The notes under the pieces: generated by a model
The model's input: only the letters and a program-made list of their open reading frames with translations
Told to the model about the DNA's origin: nothing
Database searches by the model: none
Origin: Parcubacteria group bacterium Gr01-1014_38
GTDB taxonomy: Bacteria; Patescibacteriota; Andersenbacteria; UBA10190; CAIZMI01
Length of the DNA stretch: 64,000 nt
Direction of reading: 5' to 3'
Assembly (NCBI GenBank): GCA_007376145.1
Contig: VMFP01000001.1
Span: 122,835 to 186,834 of the forward strand
Shown here: positions 47,538-56,825 of the stretch, piece by piece
How the letters are laid out: each line of letters begins with the position of its first letter
How positions within the stretch are numbered: position 1 is the stretch's first letter
Position numbers and translations under genes: made by a program

Positions 47538-48596
47538 TCACCGCGCCACGACGAGACTCCGCCGGTACGCGGGGAGATTTTCCAGGGCCATGCCGATTCC
47601 CTGGATCACGCAGCGCAGGGGGTCGTCTGCCACCGTGCAGGGGACCATCGTGATCTTCGCGATGAGCTTGTCCATGTTGCTCAAGAGGGCGGTCCCTCCG
47701 GTGAGGACAATCCCCTTGTCAATGATGTCGGCGGCGAGTTCCGGCGGGGTTTCTTGGAGCACCTGGCGTGCCGTGTGCGTAATCGTTTCGAGTTCTTCCT
47801 GCATGGCCTCGGTGACTTTGTTCGAGGTGATGGTCACTTCCTTCGGAAGACCCGTTGCGACGTCCCGGCCGCGGATCTCGTGCGGACGATCTTCCTCGGT
47901 TGGGGTCGCAGAGCCGATCGCGATCTTGATCTCCTCCGCGGTGCGTTCGCCAATCGCCAAGCCGTACTTTTTTCGCACGTATTCAGCGATTGCAGCATCG
48001 AGCCGGACGCCGCCGACGCGCGCCGAGGCGGTCGCGACCAAGCCGCCGAGCGAGATCATCGCCGCTTCCGTGACCCCGCCACCCATGTGGACGATCATGT
48101 GGCCGGACGACTCCGCAATCGGCAGACCCGCGCCGATCGCCGCCGCCACCGGTTGCTTGACCAGGTAGACGCGTCGCGCGCCTGCGCGCATGGCGACTTC
48201 GAAGACCGCGCGGCGCTCGGTCGAGGTGATCCCTGCCGGGACCGACACCATGACTTCGGGACGGAACACGCGGAAGGTGACGCCACCGACGCGCTCCAGG
48301 AAGAGTTCCAGCATTGCTTCGGTAACGCGGAAGTCAGCGATGGCCCCTTCGCGCAATGGCTGGGAGGCCTGAATGTTCTCTGGTGTGCGCCCGAGCATCT
48401 CCTTTGCCGCTTGACCGATGGCGAGGACCCGATGGTCATCAAGGGCGAGCGCGACGACCGACGGCTCGTGGATGACGATCCCGCGACGAGGCAAGTACAC
48501 GATGGTCTTCGTGGTGCCAAGGTCAATCCCGACGCGGCGCGTCAGCATAGTTGCAGGGTACCAAGGTATTCTGCTAGAAGGAAAGTGCTCGTGCAT
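47538..48596 (-). CDS. mreB: rod-shape-determining protein MreB (possible internal start at 48548)
   Basis: GIDLGTTKT phosphate-1, actin-fold motifs, GGGVTEAAMISLGG, VLTGGTALL; 336-352 aa. Confidence 0.9.
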   Translation of the reverse strand: MHEHFPSSRIPWYPATMLTRRVGIDLGTTKTIVYLPRRGIVIHEPSVVALALDDHRVLAIGQAAKEMLGRTPENIQASQPLREGAIADFRVTEAMLELFLERVGGVTFRVFRPEVMVSVPAGITSTERRAVFEVAMRAGARRVYLVKQPVAAAIGAGLPIAESSGHMIVHMGGGVTEAAMISLGGLVATASARVGGVRLDAAIAEYVRKKYGLAIGERTAEEIKIAIGSATPTEEDRPHEIRGRDVATGLPKEVTITSNKVTEAMQEELETITHTARQVLQETPPELAADIIDKGIVLTGGTALLSNMDKLIAKITMVPCTVADDPLRCVIQGIGMALENLPAYRRSLVVAR

Positions 48597-48623
48597 CCAA
48601 CAACGCGACGCGCCTTCCGCACG

Positions 48624-50045
48624 ATGGCGTGGGTGATCTTCCTTGTGGGGTCACCCCTTCTCTTGGCCTATGCCTGGGGGTACCGCGTGTCGCTGTCGCA
48701 CCCCCGTGCATCGCTCGTTCCTGCCGGACCGACGGTTGGCGCGATGGTCATCCGCTCCATCCCGCGCGGCGCGCGTGTGCTCCTTGATGGGCGTGTGGTC
48801 GACGAGCGCACTCCCGCCGGCATCAGCAGGATTCCTGTCGGGGTGCACCTGGTACGGATTGAGAAGCAGGGGTATCGGCCGTACGAGAAGCGACTCGAGG
48901 TGTTCGGCGGACAGGTGGCCGATCTCCTTCACGTGCGGTTGATTCCCCAGACCATCGAGGAGGAAATTGTCCGCACCGGAGTATCCGGCGTGTGGATCTC
49001 GCCCGATGAACGCTGGGTGATTCTCCGGGAAGAGCCGCTGCTCACCATTCTCCCCCGGCGCGTGCTCACCACCCTCTCGCCCGAGAGAACGGTGCGCGAG
49101 GCTGATGGTCTCCAGGTCCGCCTGCCCCGCCACCGGACCGGCGAGATCGCGTTCTTCTGGGCGCCGAGTGGGGAGAGCGTGGCGGTTGGTCTGCACCGGG
49201 CGGAAGAGACCGAGCAGATGACGTTCTTCCCAGACAGTCTCGCGCTGATCGATCTCGCCGATGGCCGACTCCGGCCGATGCCGCCGCGGACCAAGCTGGT
49301 GGGATGGAGTCCCGTCGGGCCAGAGCGCGTCCTCCTCCTCACGGCGGAGGGAGACCTGCTGGGGCTTCCCGCGCAGGCCACGACGCCAGAGAAACTCGCC
49401 TCCGGCATTCTCGCAGCGGCGATTCATCCTCGCGGCATCCTCGTCCAGCGCGCGACGCAAGGTGCGAGCGAACCACCCTTTGGTTTCGTGCGCGACGGAG
49501 GAGAATTTCAACCCTTCACACCACCGTTTCCTGAACCGGCCGGGGCGCTGCAGGTTTCTCCGGAGGGAACTCTCGCGGGGGTATCGAAGGACGGAACGCT
49601 GTTCCTCTTCACTGCGGAGGATCAGGCCTGGCGAGCCGTCGCGCAGGGCGTGCGCCGCTTCGCCTGGTCTCCCGACGGTCAGAAGCTGCTCATCCAGGAA
49701 TCCGCGTTCGATGTCTCGGTGCTGAACGTGTCGGAGGATCGCAGCGTCTTAAAAAGGCTTCAGCCGGAATTTCTCCTGCGGATGTCACTCCCTCTCCGGA
49801 ATCTCCAATGGTTCCCGGACAGTCAACATCTCCTCTATTTCGATCAGGATATTCTTCGTCTCCTCGACATCGATCCCCGTGGCGGGCATCGAACCGAGGA
49901 CCTCATCTCCGTTGATCGTGGTGGTGCCCTCGCCGTCGTTTTCGAGGGCGGTGCGCTCGTCACCGTGACGGCACGCCGTTCCGTCTCCGACCGCTCAGCG
50001 GATGTCCTCCTTCGTCTCTTCCTCCGGACGCCGGACGACCGCTAA
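48624..50045 (+). CDS. membrane-anchored PEGA-domain protein (start uncertain: GTG 48591 or ATG 48624)
   Basis: TM MAWVIFLVGSPLLLAYAWGY then PEGA domain (MVIRSIPRGARVLLDGRVVDERTPAGISRIPVGVHLVRIEKQGYRPYE), long beta-rich C-terminal region with WSPDG-like repeats. The upstream 1.3 kb of the 904-aa ORF-track entry is antisense to mreB and rejected. Confidence 0.65.
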   Translation: MAWVIFLVGSPLLLAYAWGYRVSLSHPRASLVPAGPTVGAMVIRSIPRGARVLLDGRVVDERTPAGISRIPVGVHLVRIEKQGYRPYEKRLEVFGGQVADLLHVRLIPQTIEEEIVRTGVSGVWISPDERWVILREEPLLTILPRRVLTTLSPERTVREADGLQVRLPRHRTGEIAFFWAPSGESVAVGLHRAEETEQMTFFPDSLALIDLADGRLRPMPPRTKLVGWSPVGPERVLLLTAEGDLLGLPAQATTPEKLASGILAAAIHPRGILVQRATQGASEPPFGFVRDGGEFQPFTPPFPEPAGALQVSPEGTLAGVSKDGTLFLFTAEDQAWRAVAQGVRRFAWSPDGQKLLIQESAFDVSVLNVSEDRSVLKRLQPEFLLRMSLPLRNLQWFPDSQHLLYFDQDILRLLDIDPRGGHRTEDLISVDRGGALAVVFEGGALVTVTARRSVSDRSADVLLRLFLRTPDDR

Positions 50046-51298
50046 GGTTCACCGCGTTCCCGCACACCGTCGCGGGCACAGCGGTCGTAGTATTGGAGAA
50101 GCTGGTTGGCGATGGATTGCGGAGCAAACCGCTCCTTGACGTACGCGCGCGCAGCGTCGCCCATCGCCGTGGCGTCGTCCCGATTCCGGAGAAGACGAAT
50201 CAGTGCTCCCGCGAGTGCTGACGGATCGTTGGGCGGTACGAGTGCTGCCGTCTGCGACGTCGTCGTTTCTAAAACGCCGCCGAGATCCGACGCGACGAGA
50301 GGCCGAGCACGGGCTCCGGCCTCCAATGCTGCGCGCCCGAACGGTTCTTCCCAGAGGTGAGCGGACACGACGATGGCCGAACGGTCCATGAGGTCGGAAA
50401 CCTCGGCTGGTGGGACGGCGCCGTGGAACGTGACGGCATCACGGAGGCCTAAGCGATCAGCGAGCGCGCGGTACCGCGGGAGTTCTCCACTGCCGGCGAG
50501 GTGGAGGCGGAGATCAGGAAATGTCTTTTGCGCCTCCGCGACGGCCTGGAGAAGAATGTCCGTTCCCTTCGTCGTTTCCAGGCGGCCCGCCGCACAGAGG
50601 ACATTTTCCTCCGGACGGGGGACGAGCGGCGTCGTCAGCCAACGTGGATCCACGGGGTTTTGGAGGATCATGGTCTGCACCGTCGGGGGAGGACGGAGGC
50701 GCGCCTCCACGCGCCTCCGGAGGCACTGACTCGTGTAGAGGTGGTGAGGAATGCGGCGGAAGGCGCGGGTACGAAAGCCGAGATTTCCTTTGTACTGCGC
50801 CACGCGGAATGGCTTCCGCGGGAGGGAGGCTTCCACGACGCGGTGGCACCGAAAGAGGACGTTCGTCCAGAAGCAGCCGTCGCAGGAGGAGCCGTCCCAC
50901 CACATGTTGTTCGTGGTCCCGCAGATCGGTGCGTAGTCGCGGATCGTGACGATGCGGTGCGGATGGGGGAGGAACGAGAGCGACAAGGCGCTGCGGAACT
51001 CTTGCGCATGGATGACGTCGGGCTGCAGCGCGTGTCTTGGAAGCAGCGCGGCGACGGTCTGTGCCGCTGCGCGACTCACCAAGACTTCCCGAAGCGGCTT
51101 TGACCACCAGGAGAGGAGCGGGCGCGTGCGGATCACCCGGACGCCGTGGAGAACGTCGTCCCCTTCCCCCGCCGCTCCGCAGACGACGGTGACGCTCGCG
51201 CCGGTCGCCGCCAGTGCTTCCGCGATCAGCTGCGTGGAGATTTCCCCGCCGCCGAGGACATCCGGCGGGTAGCGGGCGGAGAGGAAGAGCACCCGCAT
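50042..51298 (-). CDS. GT4-family glycosyltransferase
   Basis: Start at ATG 51298 (MRVLFLSARYPPDVLGGGEIS); C-terminal EEPFGRAALEAGARARPLVASD GT4 motif. The ORF-track N-terminal extension is Arg/Pro-rich. Confidence 0.75.
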   Translation of the reverse strand: MRVLFLSARYPPDVLGGGEISTQLIAEALAATGASVTVVCGAAGEGDDVLHGVRVIRTRPLLSWWSKPLREVLVSRAAAQTVAALLPRHALQPDVIHAQEFRSALSLSFLPHPHRIVTIRDYAPICGTTNNMWWDGSSCDGCFWTNVLFRCHRVVEASLPRKPFRVAQYKGNLGFRTRAFRRIPHHLYTSQCLRRRVEARLRPPPTVQTMILQNPVDPRWLTTPLVPRPEENVLCAAGRLETTKGTDILLQAVAEAQKTFPDLRLHLAGSGELPRYRALADRLGLRDAVTFHGAVPPAEVSDLMDRSAIVVSAHLWEEPFGRAALEAGARARPLVASDLGGVLETTTSQTAALVPPNDPSALAGALIRLLRNRDDATAMGDAARAYVKERFAPQSIANQLLQYYDRCARDGVRERGEP

Positions 51299-52425
51299 CA
51301 GCCGCTCCGCGGGCTCAAGACCTTCGCGTAGACCGCCAGGGTCGCGGCGAGCATGTTCTCTCGCGTGAACTGCGCGGCACGGGCGAGTCCGCGCCGCCGG
51401 AGTTCTGCGCGGAGCGGCGCGTCGGTCAGGACCAAGGCGAGGCCTTCCGCGATTGCTTCGGTGTCTTCCGGGTTCACGAGGATCGCCGCATCGCCTACGA
51501 CTTCCGGAAGGCTGGAACGGTTCGACGTCACCACCGGCGTCCCGCACGCCATGGCTTCAAGCGGCGGGAACCCGAATCCTTCGTCGAGCGACGGGAATGC
51601 CAGCACCGTCGCTGCGTGGTACCAGAGGCGGAGCGCCGCATCGTTTGATTCCTCCACGAGACGGACGGTGCGGTCGAGGTGAAGTCGCGCAATCGTCTCA
51701 CGGAGTTCACGGCGACCGGACGCCACGCCCGCATCGCCAATCTTCACGAAGCGAACGTTCGGAACCCGTTGCCGGACGAGCGCGAGTGCTTCCAAAAGGC
51801 GACGGAGGTTCTTCCGCCGGTGCTCACTTCCTACGTAGAGAACCAGGGGAGGGTGATCGCAGAGATCTGCATCCGCAAGGAACCGCTTCCCTTCCTCGGT
51901 CTGCCAGAGCGCTCCTTGGAAGCGCAGGGATTCCGAACCCGAGGGGGGAATGACGGAGAGCCGCGCGTCCGGCACTTTATACTGTGCCCGAACATCCCGC
52001 GCGGTCGCCTCTGAATAGGTGAGAAGGTGCGCCGCATTTCTGATCCCGCGGTAGAGGATGCGCGCTACCGTTCCCCCAAAGAGCACCTGCGGGTCGCGGA
52101 GCTCGATGAGGTCCCAGACCGTGACGACGGATCGTTCAGGGGCTCTCCGTGCAAGAAACGCGAGCGTTTGGTTGGTGAAGTGCAGGATGCCCTCTGGCGG
52201 CGTGCGCAGGAGGCTTCCGGCAACGAGCCAGAACGCCGGCTTCCCGCCCGGCAGGCGCGGAACGATCCGAACGATCCTCCCGTTCTGCTCAATCGCCGAC
52301 ATCCGATGATCCAGCGTCAGGATCGTGACATCCTGTCCAGCGGCACGTAAGGCCTCCCGAAGCATTCCCACCGGCTTTCCGACGCCGGACGTTGCAGACG
52401 CGTTGGTGATGAGTGTGATCTTCAT
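51298..52425 (-). CDS. GT4-family glycosyltransferase
   Basis: Start at ATG 52425 (MKITLITNASATSGVGKPV); C-terminal LDEGFGFPPLEAMACGTPVV; stop overlaps next gene start (ATGA). Confidence 0.75.
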   Translation of the reverse strand: MKITLITNASATSGVGKPVGMLREALRAAGQDVTILTLDHRMSAIEQNGRIVRIVPRLPGGKPAFWLVAGSLLRTPPEGILHFTNQTLAFLARRAPERSVVTVWDLIELRDPQVLFGGTVARILYRGIRNAAHLLTYSEATARDVRAQYKVPDARLSVIPPSGSESLRFQGALWQTEEGKRFLADADLCDHPPLVLYVGSEHRRKNLRRLLEALALVRQRVPNVRFVKIGDAGVASGRRELRETIARLHLDRTVRLVEESNDAALRLWYHAATVLAFPSLDEGFGFPPLEAMACGTPVVTSNRSSLPEVVGDAAILVNPEDTEAIAEGLALVLTDAPLRAELRRRGLARAAQFTRENMLAATLAVYAKVLSPRSG

Positions 52426-53579
52426 GGTGCCGGCCGCTCGGGCTCTCCGGTGTGTTCGAGCACCCGTGCGTAGACCTCCAAGGTCTGGCGCGCGGTTCGC
52501 TCCCATGTGAATTGCTGAATCCAGGCTCGGCCCTGCTCGACGAGGCGCGTCCGTACGCCTTGGTCCGCGAGGAGGAGACGAAGCGCGGACGTGATTTCTT
52601 CTTCGTCCTCCGGATCCACGAGCAGCGCCGCAGGGCCGACGACCTCCGGGAGGCTCCCGCGCGCACTCACGAGGACCGGCGTCCCGCACGCCATGGCTTC
52701 AAGCGGCGGGAACCCGAATCCTTCATCCTGGCTCAAGAACGCAAAGGCATCGGCACTGCCGTACAGCGTTGGAAGATCCGCGCTCTCCACCCGACCCAGA
52801 AAGCACACGCGATCCTTCAGTCGTGGGTCACGGGCGGCAGCGACGACGCGCTCGGTTTTCCAACCCCACCGACCTGCAATGACGAGGGTATGCGGGAACT
52901 CGCCGACCACGCGTGCAAAGGCTCGGAGCAACCGGTCGACGTTCTTCCGTGGCTCAATGGTTCCGACGGTGAGCACATACGGTGTCGCACCGAGACCGAG
53001 CCGCGCCAAAAGCGCCGCGCGAGCGTCTGGTGCCGCCGGGGCAAAGGTCGGTTCGATGCCGGGGGTGGTCACGGTAATGCGGTCTGCTGGCACACCGAGC
53101 GTATCCACGATGGCCCGTTTCGATGCTTCGGAAATCGTCACGATCGCCGTGGCGTGACGTGCGGCGGCAGGCAGTTCCAGGCGCCAGTAGGTCCGCTGGG
53201 CGACCGTCTGCGTTCTTGGATGCGTGAGGGAGATCACGTCGTAGATCGTCGTGACGACCGGTGGGAACCCGCGGCGGAATGGAGTGCCGCTTGGCTTCGT
53301 CAGGTGCACGAGGCGAGGGCGCAATCTACGAATCGCGCGCGGGAGCGCCACAAGGTTCCAGTAGGGGCGCAGCCACGGCGTGGCCGGCGGTACCGCCAGA
53401 CTCGGGAAATTTCTGACGGCGGTCTGGCCCCGCTGGTGGTCACAGATAACCGTGAGCGTAAGCGGTGGGTCCAGCTGCGTAAAGCCGTCCAGCAAGCCGC
53501 GGATGTACCGAACGACTCCCCCCGCTGGCCCGGACAGTGCGCGGGCCTCGAGAGCCACCAGCGGTGGCGATGCCGTCAT
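52422..53579 (-). CDS. GT4-family glycosyltransferase
   Basis: C-terminal QDEGFGFPPLEAMACGTPVL motif nearly identical to the neighbouring GT4 (paralogs); ATGA overlaps on both sides. Confidence 0.75.
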   Translation of the reverse strand: MTASPPLVALEARALSGPAGGVVRYIRGLLDGFTQLDPPLTLTVICDHQRGQTAVRNFPSLAVPPATPWLRPYWNLVALPRAIRRLRPRLVHLTKPSGTPFRRGFPPVVTTIYDVISLTHPRTQTVAQRTYWRLELPAAARHATAIVTISEASKRAIVDTLGVPADRITVTTPGIEPTFAPAAPDARAALLARLGLGATPYVLTVGTIEPRKNVDRLLRAFARVVGEFPHTLVIAGRWGWKTERVVAAARDPRLKDRVCFLGRVESADLPTLYGSADAFAFLSQDEGFGFPPLEAMACGTPVLVSARGSLPEVVGPAALLVDPEDEEEITSALRLLLADQGVRTRLVEQGRAWIQQFTWERTARQTLEVYARVLEHTGEPERPAP

Positions 53580-54766
53580 GGGCGCTCCTGCAATTGCCCG
53601 ACGAGAATGCGGGTGGAGCGGACCGTCTTCGTGAGTCGGGCAAACAGAGCCTCATAGCGATCAGCGATGTCCCGGATGAGGAACGACTGCATGGCGTGGC
53701 GGTTCGTCTCCGCGAAACGCTTCCGAAGGTCCGCATCCGCGAGGAGCACGCGGAGCGCTGACGCGAGTTGGTCCGATCGCTGCGGAGGAGTGAACAGCGC
53801 GTTCTCCCCGGCGCGGAGGATGTCTGTCTGGCCGCCTTGGTCCGTACAGACAATGGGAAGCCCCGCGTACATCGCTTCGAGGAACACGATGCCGAATCCT
53901 TCATGGAGCGAAGCGGAAACAAAGAGGTCGGCGGCTCGAAGGAGCTGCCATTTCCGGTCTTCCGTCACTGCGCCTTCGAACGTGACCTGCGGCCGCACGC
54001 CAAGGCGCTCCGCCGTACCTTCGAGTGGGTGCAGAAGCGGACCATCCCCCATGACATGCAGGTGCACATCCTTTCTTTTCAGGAGCGCGAGAGCCTCGAG
54101 AAGGTCCTTGTGGGCCTTTCGGGGTATGAGACGCCCAACCGTGACGAGGCGCCACGGTGCACCGTGACTCGCGGTGACGGGAGGGAGCACAGCCGGCGGA
54201 ACCAAACCGAGGGGGATGACGGCGAGGTTGTTCGGCGCGCGGTGGTACAAGATTGCGCGCCGTTTCGTATCCTCCGAAATCGCCGTGACCGCGTCCGCGT
54301 GACGGATCACCCACCGTACCACGGCCCGAACCACCGGATTCCGGTGGGCAGCGATTCCCGCCGTGGGATTGGGATCAAAGATATCCGCACCGATGAGCGT
54401 GAGGACCACCGGAATTCGGCGCAGGCGCCCGAGGAGGACTGCGGGGAGTCCCGAAGGAACGGCGAAAAGGGCGTGAATGAGGTCCGGGCGAGTCTTGTTG
54501 GTCGCACGCAGGCCAGCGAGGAGCGCGGACGGAACGAACGTCGCCATGGAACGGAGCGTCGCCACCGGCATCTGACATCGCCCCCACACCGGAACGCGAA
54601 TGATCCGGACGCCGTTGACGACTTCCGCCTTGGGGAGGCCACGGAAGTGCGTCGTGAGGATCGTGACCTCGTTCCGCGCGGCGAATGCCTCCGCGAGATC
54701 CCGATGGGCCACTCCTCCTCCGCCCCCGAGAGGCGGGTATTCGTAATTGATGAGCAGCAGCCTCAT
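53576..54766 (-). CDS. GT4-family glycosyltransferase
   Basis: MRLLLINYEYPPLGGGGGVA N-terminus, C-terminal LHEGFGIVFLEAMYAGLPIV motif. Confidence 0.75.
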   Translation of the reverse strand: MRLLLINYEYPPLGGGGGVAHRDLAEAFAARNEVTILTTHFRGLPKAEVVNGVRIIRVPVWGRCQMPVATLRSMATFVPSALLAGLRATNKTRPDLIHALFAVPSGLPAVLLGRLRRIPVVLTLIGADIFDPNPTAGIAAHRNPVVRAVVRWVIRHADAVTAISEDTKRRAILYHRAPNNLAVIPLGLVPPAVLPPVTASHGAPWRLVTVGRLIPRKAHKDLLEALALLKRKDVHLHVMGDGPLLHPLEGTAERLGVRPQVTFEGAVTEDRKWQLLRAADLFVSASLHEGFGIVFLEAMYAGLPIVCTDQGGQTDILRAGENALFTPPQRSDQLASALRVLLADADLRKRFAETNRHAMQSFLIRDIADRYEALFARLTKTVRSTRILVGQLQERP

Positions 54767-56823
54767 CGCGGGCCTTTTCTCACCGAAGGATTTTCCACAA
54801 AAAGTTCCGAGCCGTCAATGGAGAAGGAGAAGGCATGCGATCCCGGCGCAAGGGTGCCGAGAGGAATGAAGGCGGTTCCATCGGACGACACGGTGACCGG
54901 TGCCGGTCCGGTCGGGGTTTGGAGCTGAATCTTCCGCGTCCTTGGGTCGAGGACGCGGAAGGAGAGCGTGGCGGGAACCGCGTCTCCGCCAAGTACCCGG
55001 ATGGAAAACGTCGCACGGGGTTGAATCTTGACGCGTCGCCGATCTCCAGAACTCGAGGGCACGGCGTCCCACCCTGACCCAGGGACTCCCACCAATGCGG
55101 ACGTTGTTTCGGGCCATGGCGGCACGCGGTAGAGCGTCGTCCCCTCGCCGACGTTCTCTGCATGCAGACCCGCGCCACGGAGCAGCCGGTGGAGGACGTG
55201 GAATTCTGCTGGCGTCACCGCGACCAATCCTTTTGGACTGGAACGGAGTGTCGGCATCCCCATCACGTATTCGTGAATGATCACCGCGATGACTCTCTCG
55301 CTGGCAAGTGCGGCATGGACCATTTCGGCGGGCATCTGGCCGAAGAGCGTCGAACGCTCGAAGTCGTCGGGACGAACGGCGAGGAGCGCACCGACGACAG
55401 GGACGCGGAGCGGAGCTTCGCGCGCTGCCCGATCTTGCACGCGCTCGAAGACGTTGCTGGCGAGAATACGGCGGCGGTGGACCGTGGACGCGTACTGGGC
55501 GCGTGAGGCAACGAGGTAGTCGGTGGCGGCAGGAATTTCGAGGAGGAGTCCTGCTGGTCCAGCGGTGAGCGTGGTGGAGAATTGGGAGATCGTCGCTTCC
55601 TGCACCGGGAAGGTGCTTGGAAGAATTTCCAGCACGAGCGCTCCCGCGAGAAGAAACGCGGCGGCCCGCGGGAGCCTGCTGACGCCGATGCTCGCCAGCA
55701 GCGGGAGAGCCAACGCCGGCAAGACGAGAAATCGGTTTACCGTTCGAACCGCGGAGAACACAGGGAACTCGTCATAGAGCTGTGCGCCAAGCGAGGTGCG
55801 CGGCGCAAACGCAAGGAGGAGCCCGGCGACGACCAGCGAGCCGAGGAGCGCGAGGTGCTGCCAGCGACCTTCCCGCCAGAGTCTCCGCACACCCACGACC
55901 GCGACCACCGGCGCGAGGAGGCCGAGAGTATGGACGTAGTCGGCCACGGCCTGGCGCGGAGTCCCATACCGATTCGGAGAGTGGCGAAAGAGATGGAAGG
56001 TCGGAGGGGAGAGTATCGTTTCGACCGTTGGTGCAAACCGCCGTCGCTGTTCCGAACCGAGGTTGAAGGCGGAGTCGGCGCGCGATGCTTTCTTCAGCTC
56101 TTCTCGGAAGGGGAACATTCCAAGCGCGCCGACGAGGAAAAGGAAGGTGAGGGCGAGGATGATTCCTTGGCGAGTCCGAAGCGTCTGCACAGCCTGGTGC
56201 CAGAAGATGGCTATCGTCAGTGCGGCGGCAAGGAGTGTCGCAAGAAACAGCATATGCTCGGTCCACGACGTCCCGACGAACGCCGCAGCAGCGACGAGCG
56301 TTCGTGGGAGTGACGGACGCTGGAGCAGCCACAGGAGCGCTGCCATGCTGAGTGGAATCCAGAAGAGTTGCATGGCGCCGAAATGCCCGAGGCTCTGCGC
56401 GATGCGGTACGGCGCGAACGCCGTGAGGAACCCGGCGACCGCCGCTGGTCCACGCGCGATTCCCAAGCGTCGAGCGAGTCCATACGTGGCGAGTGCCGTC
56501 AGCGGGAATTGGAGAATCCACACGAGGTTGTATCCCAGAGGATCGCCGAAGACTCCGTGGAGCGGGATCCACGGCAGCGGGCCAAAGTTCCTCACGGGGT
56601 CGTCGGCAATGGTGAGCGTCCGGCGGGACAGCGCTTCGGTGAAGGCGGAGGAACGCCAGAGCGTCTGATACGGATCGCCGCCGAGCCCGAGCACCGACGT
56701 CCGGAGATTCGGCAGGTGCGTGCCGATGAGGAGCAATGCCCCGATGAGCGCCAGCGCGCACAGCGCGAGCGGAACCAGGACACGACGTCGGGCCTCTGCT
56801 TGGAAAAGCGGGAGCGCCTGCAC
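54763..56823 (-). CDS. large polytopic membrane protein (686 aa), probable glycosylation-locus component (YfhO/GT-C-like)
   Basis: About 12 TM helices in N-terminal two-thirds then a soluble C-terminal beta-rich domain; translationally coupled to flanking GTs. Confidence 0.55.
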   Translation of the reverse strand: MQALPLFQAEARRRVLVPLALCALALIGALLLIGTHLPNLRTSVLGLGGDPYQTLWRSSAFTEALSRRTLTIADDPVRNFGPLPWIPLHGVFGDPLGYNLVWILQFPLTALATYGLARRLGIARGPAAVAGFLTAFAPYRIAQSLGHFGAMQLFWIPLSMAALLWLLQRPSLPRTLVAAAAFVGTSWTEHMLFLATLLAAALTIAIFWHQAVQTLRTRQGIILALTFLFLVGALGMFPFREELKKASRADSAFNLGSEQRRRFAPTVETILSPPTFHLFRHSPNRYGTPRQAVADYVHTLGLLAPVVAVVGVRRLWREGRWQHLALLGSLVVAGLLLAFAPRTSLGAQLYDEFPVFSAVRTVNRFLVLPALALPLLASIGVSRLPRAAAFLLAGALVLEILPSTFPVQEATISQFSTTLTAGPAGLLLEIPAATDYLVASRAQYASTVHRRRILASNVFERVQDRAAREAPLRVPVVGALLAVRPDDFERSTLFGQMPAEMVHAALASERVIAVIIHEYVMGMPTLRSSPKGLVAVTPAEFHVLHRLLRGAGLHAENVGEGTTLYRVPPWPETTSALVGVPGSGWDAVPSSSGDRRRVKIQPRATFSIRVLGGDAVPATLSFRVLDPRTRKIQLQTPTGPAPVTVSSDGTAFIPLGTLAPGSHAFSFSIDGSELFVENPSVRKGPR

Positions 56824-56825
56824 GG

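Noticed and set aside
47331-50045. 904-aa plus-strand ORF in the track
   Set aside because: Its first ~1.26 kb is antisense to the well-supported mreB gene and is Arg/Gly/Asp-rich with no family. Only the C-terminal part (from ~48591/48624) has a TM helix and PEGA domain. This is a high-GC open-frame artifact joined to a real gene.
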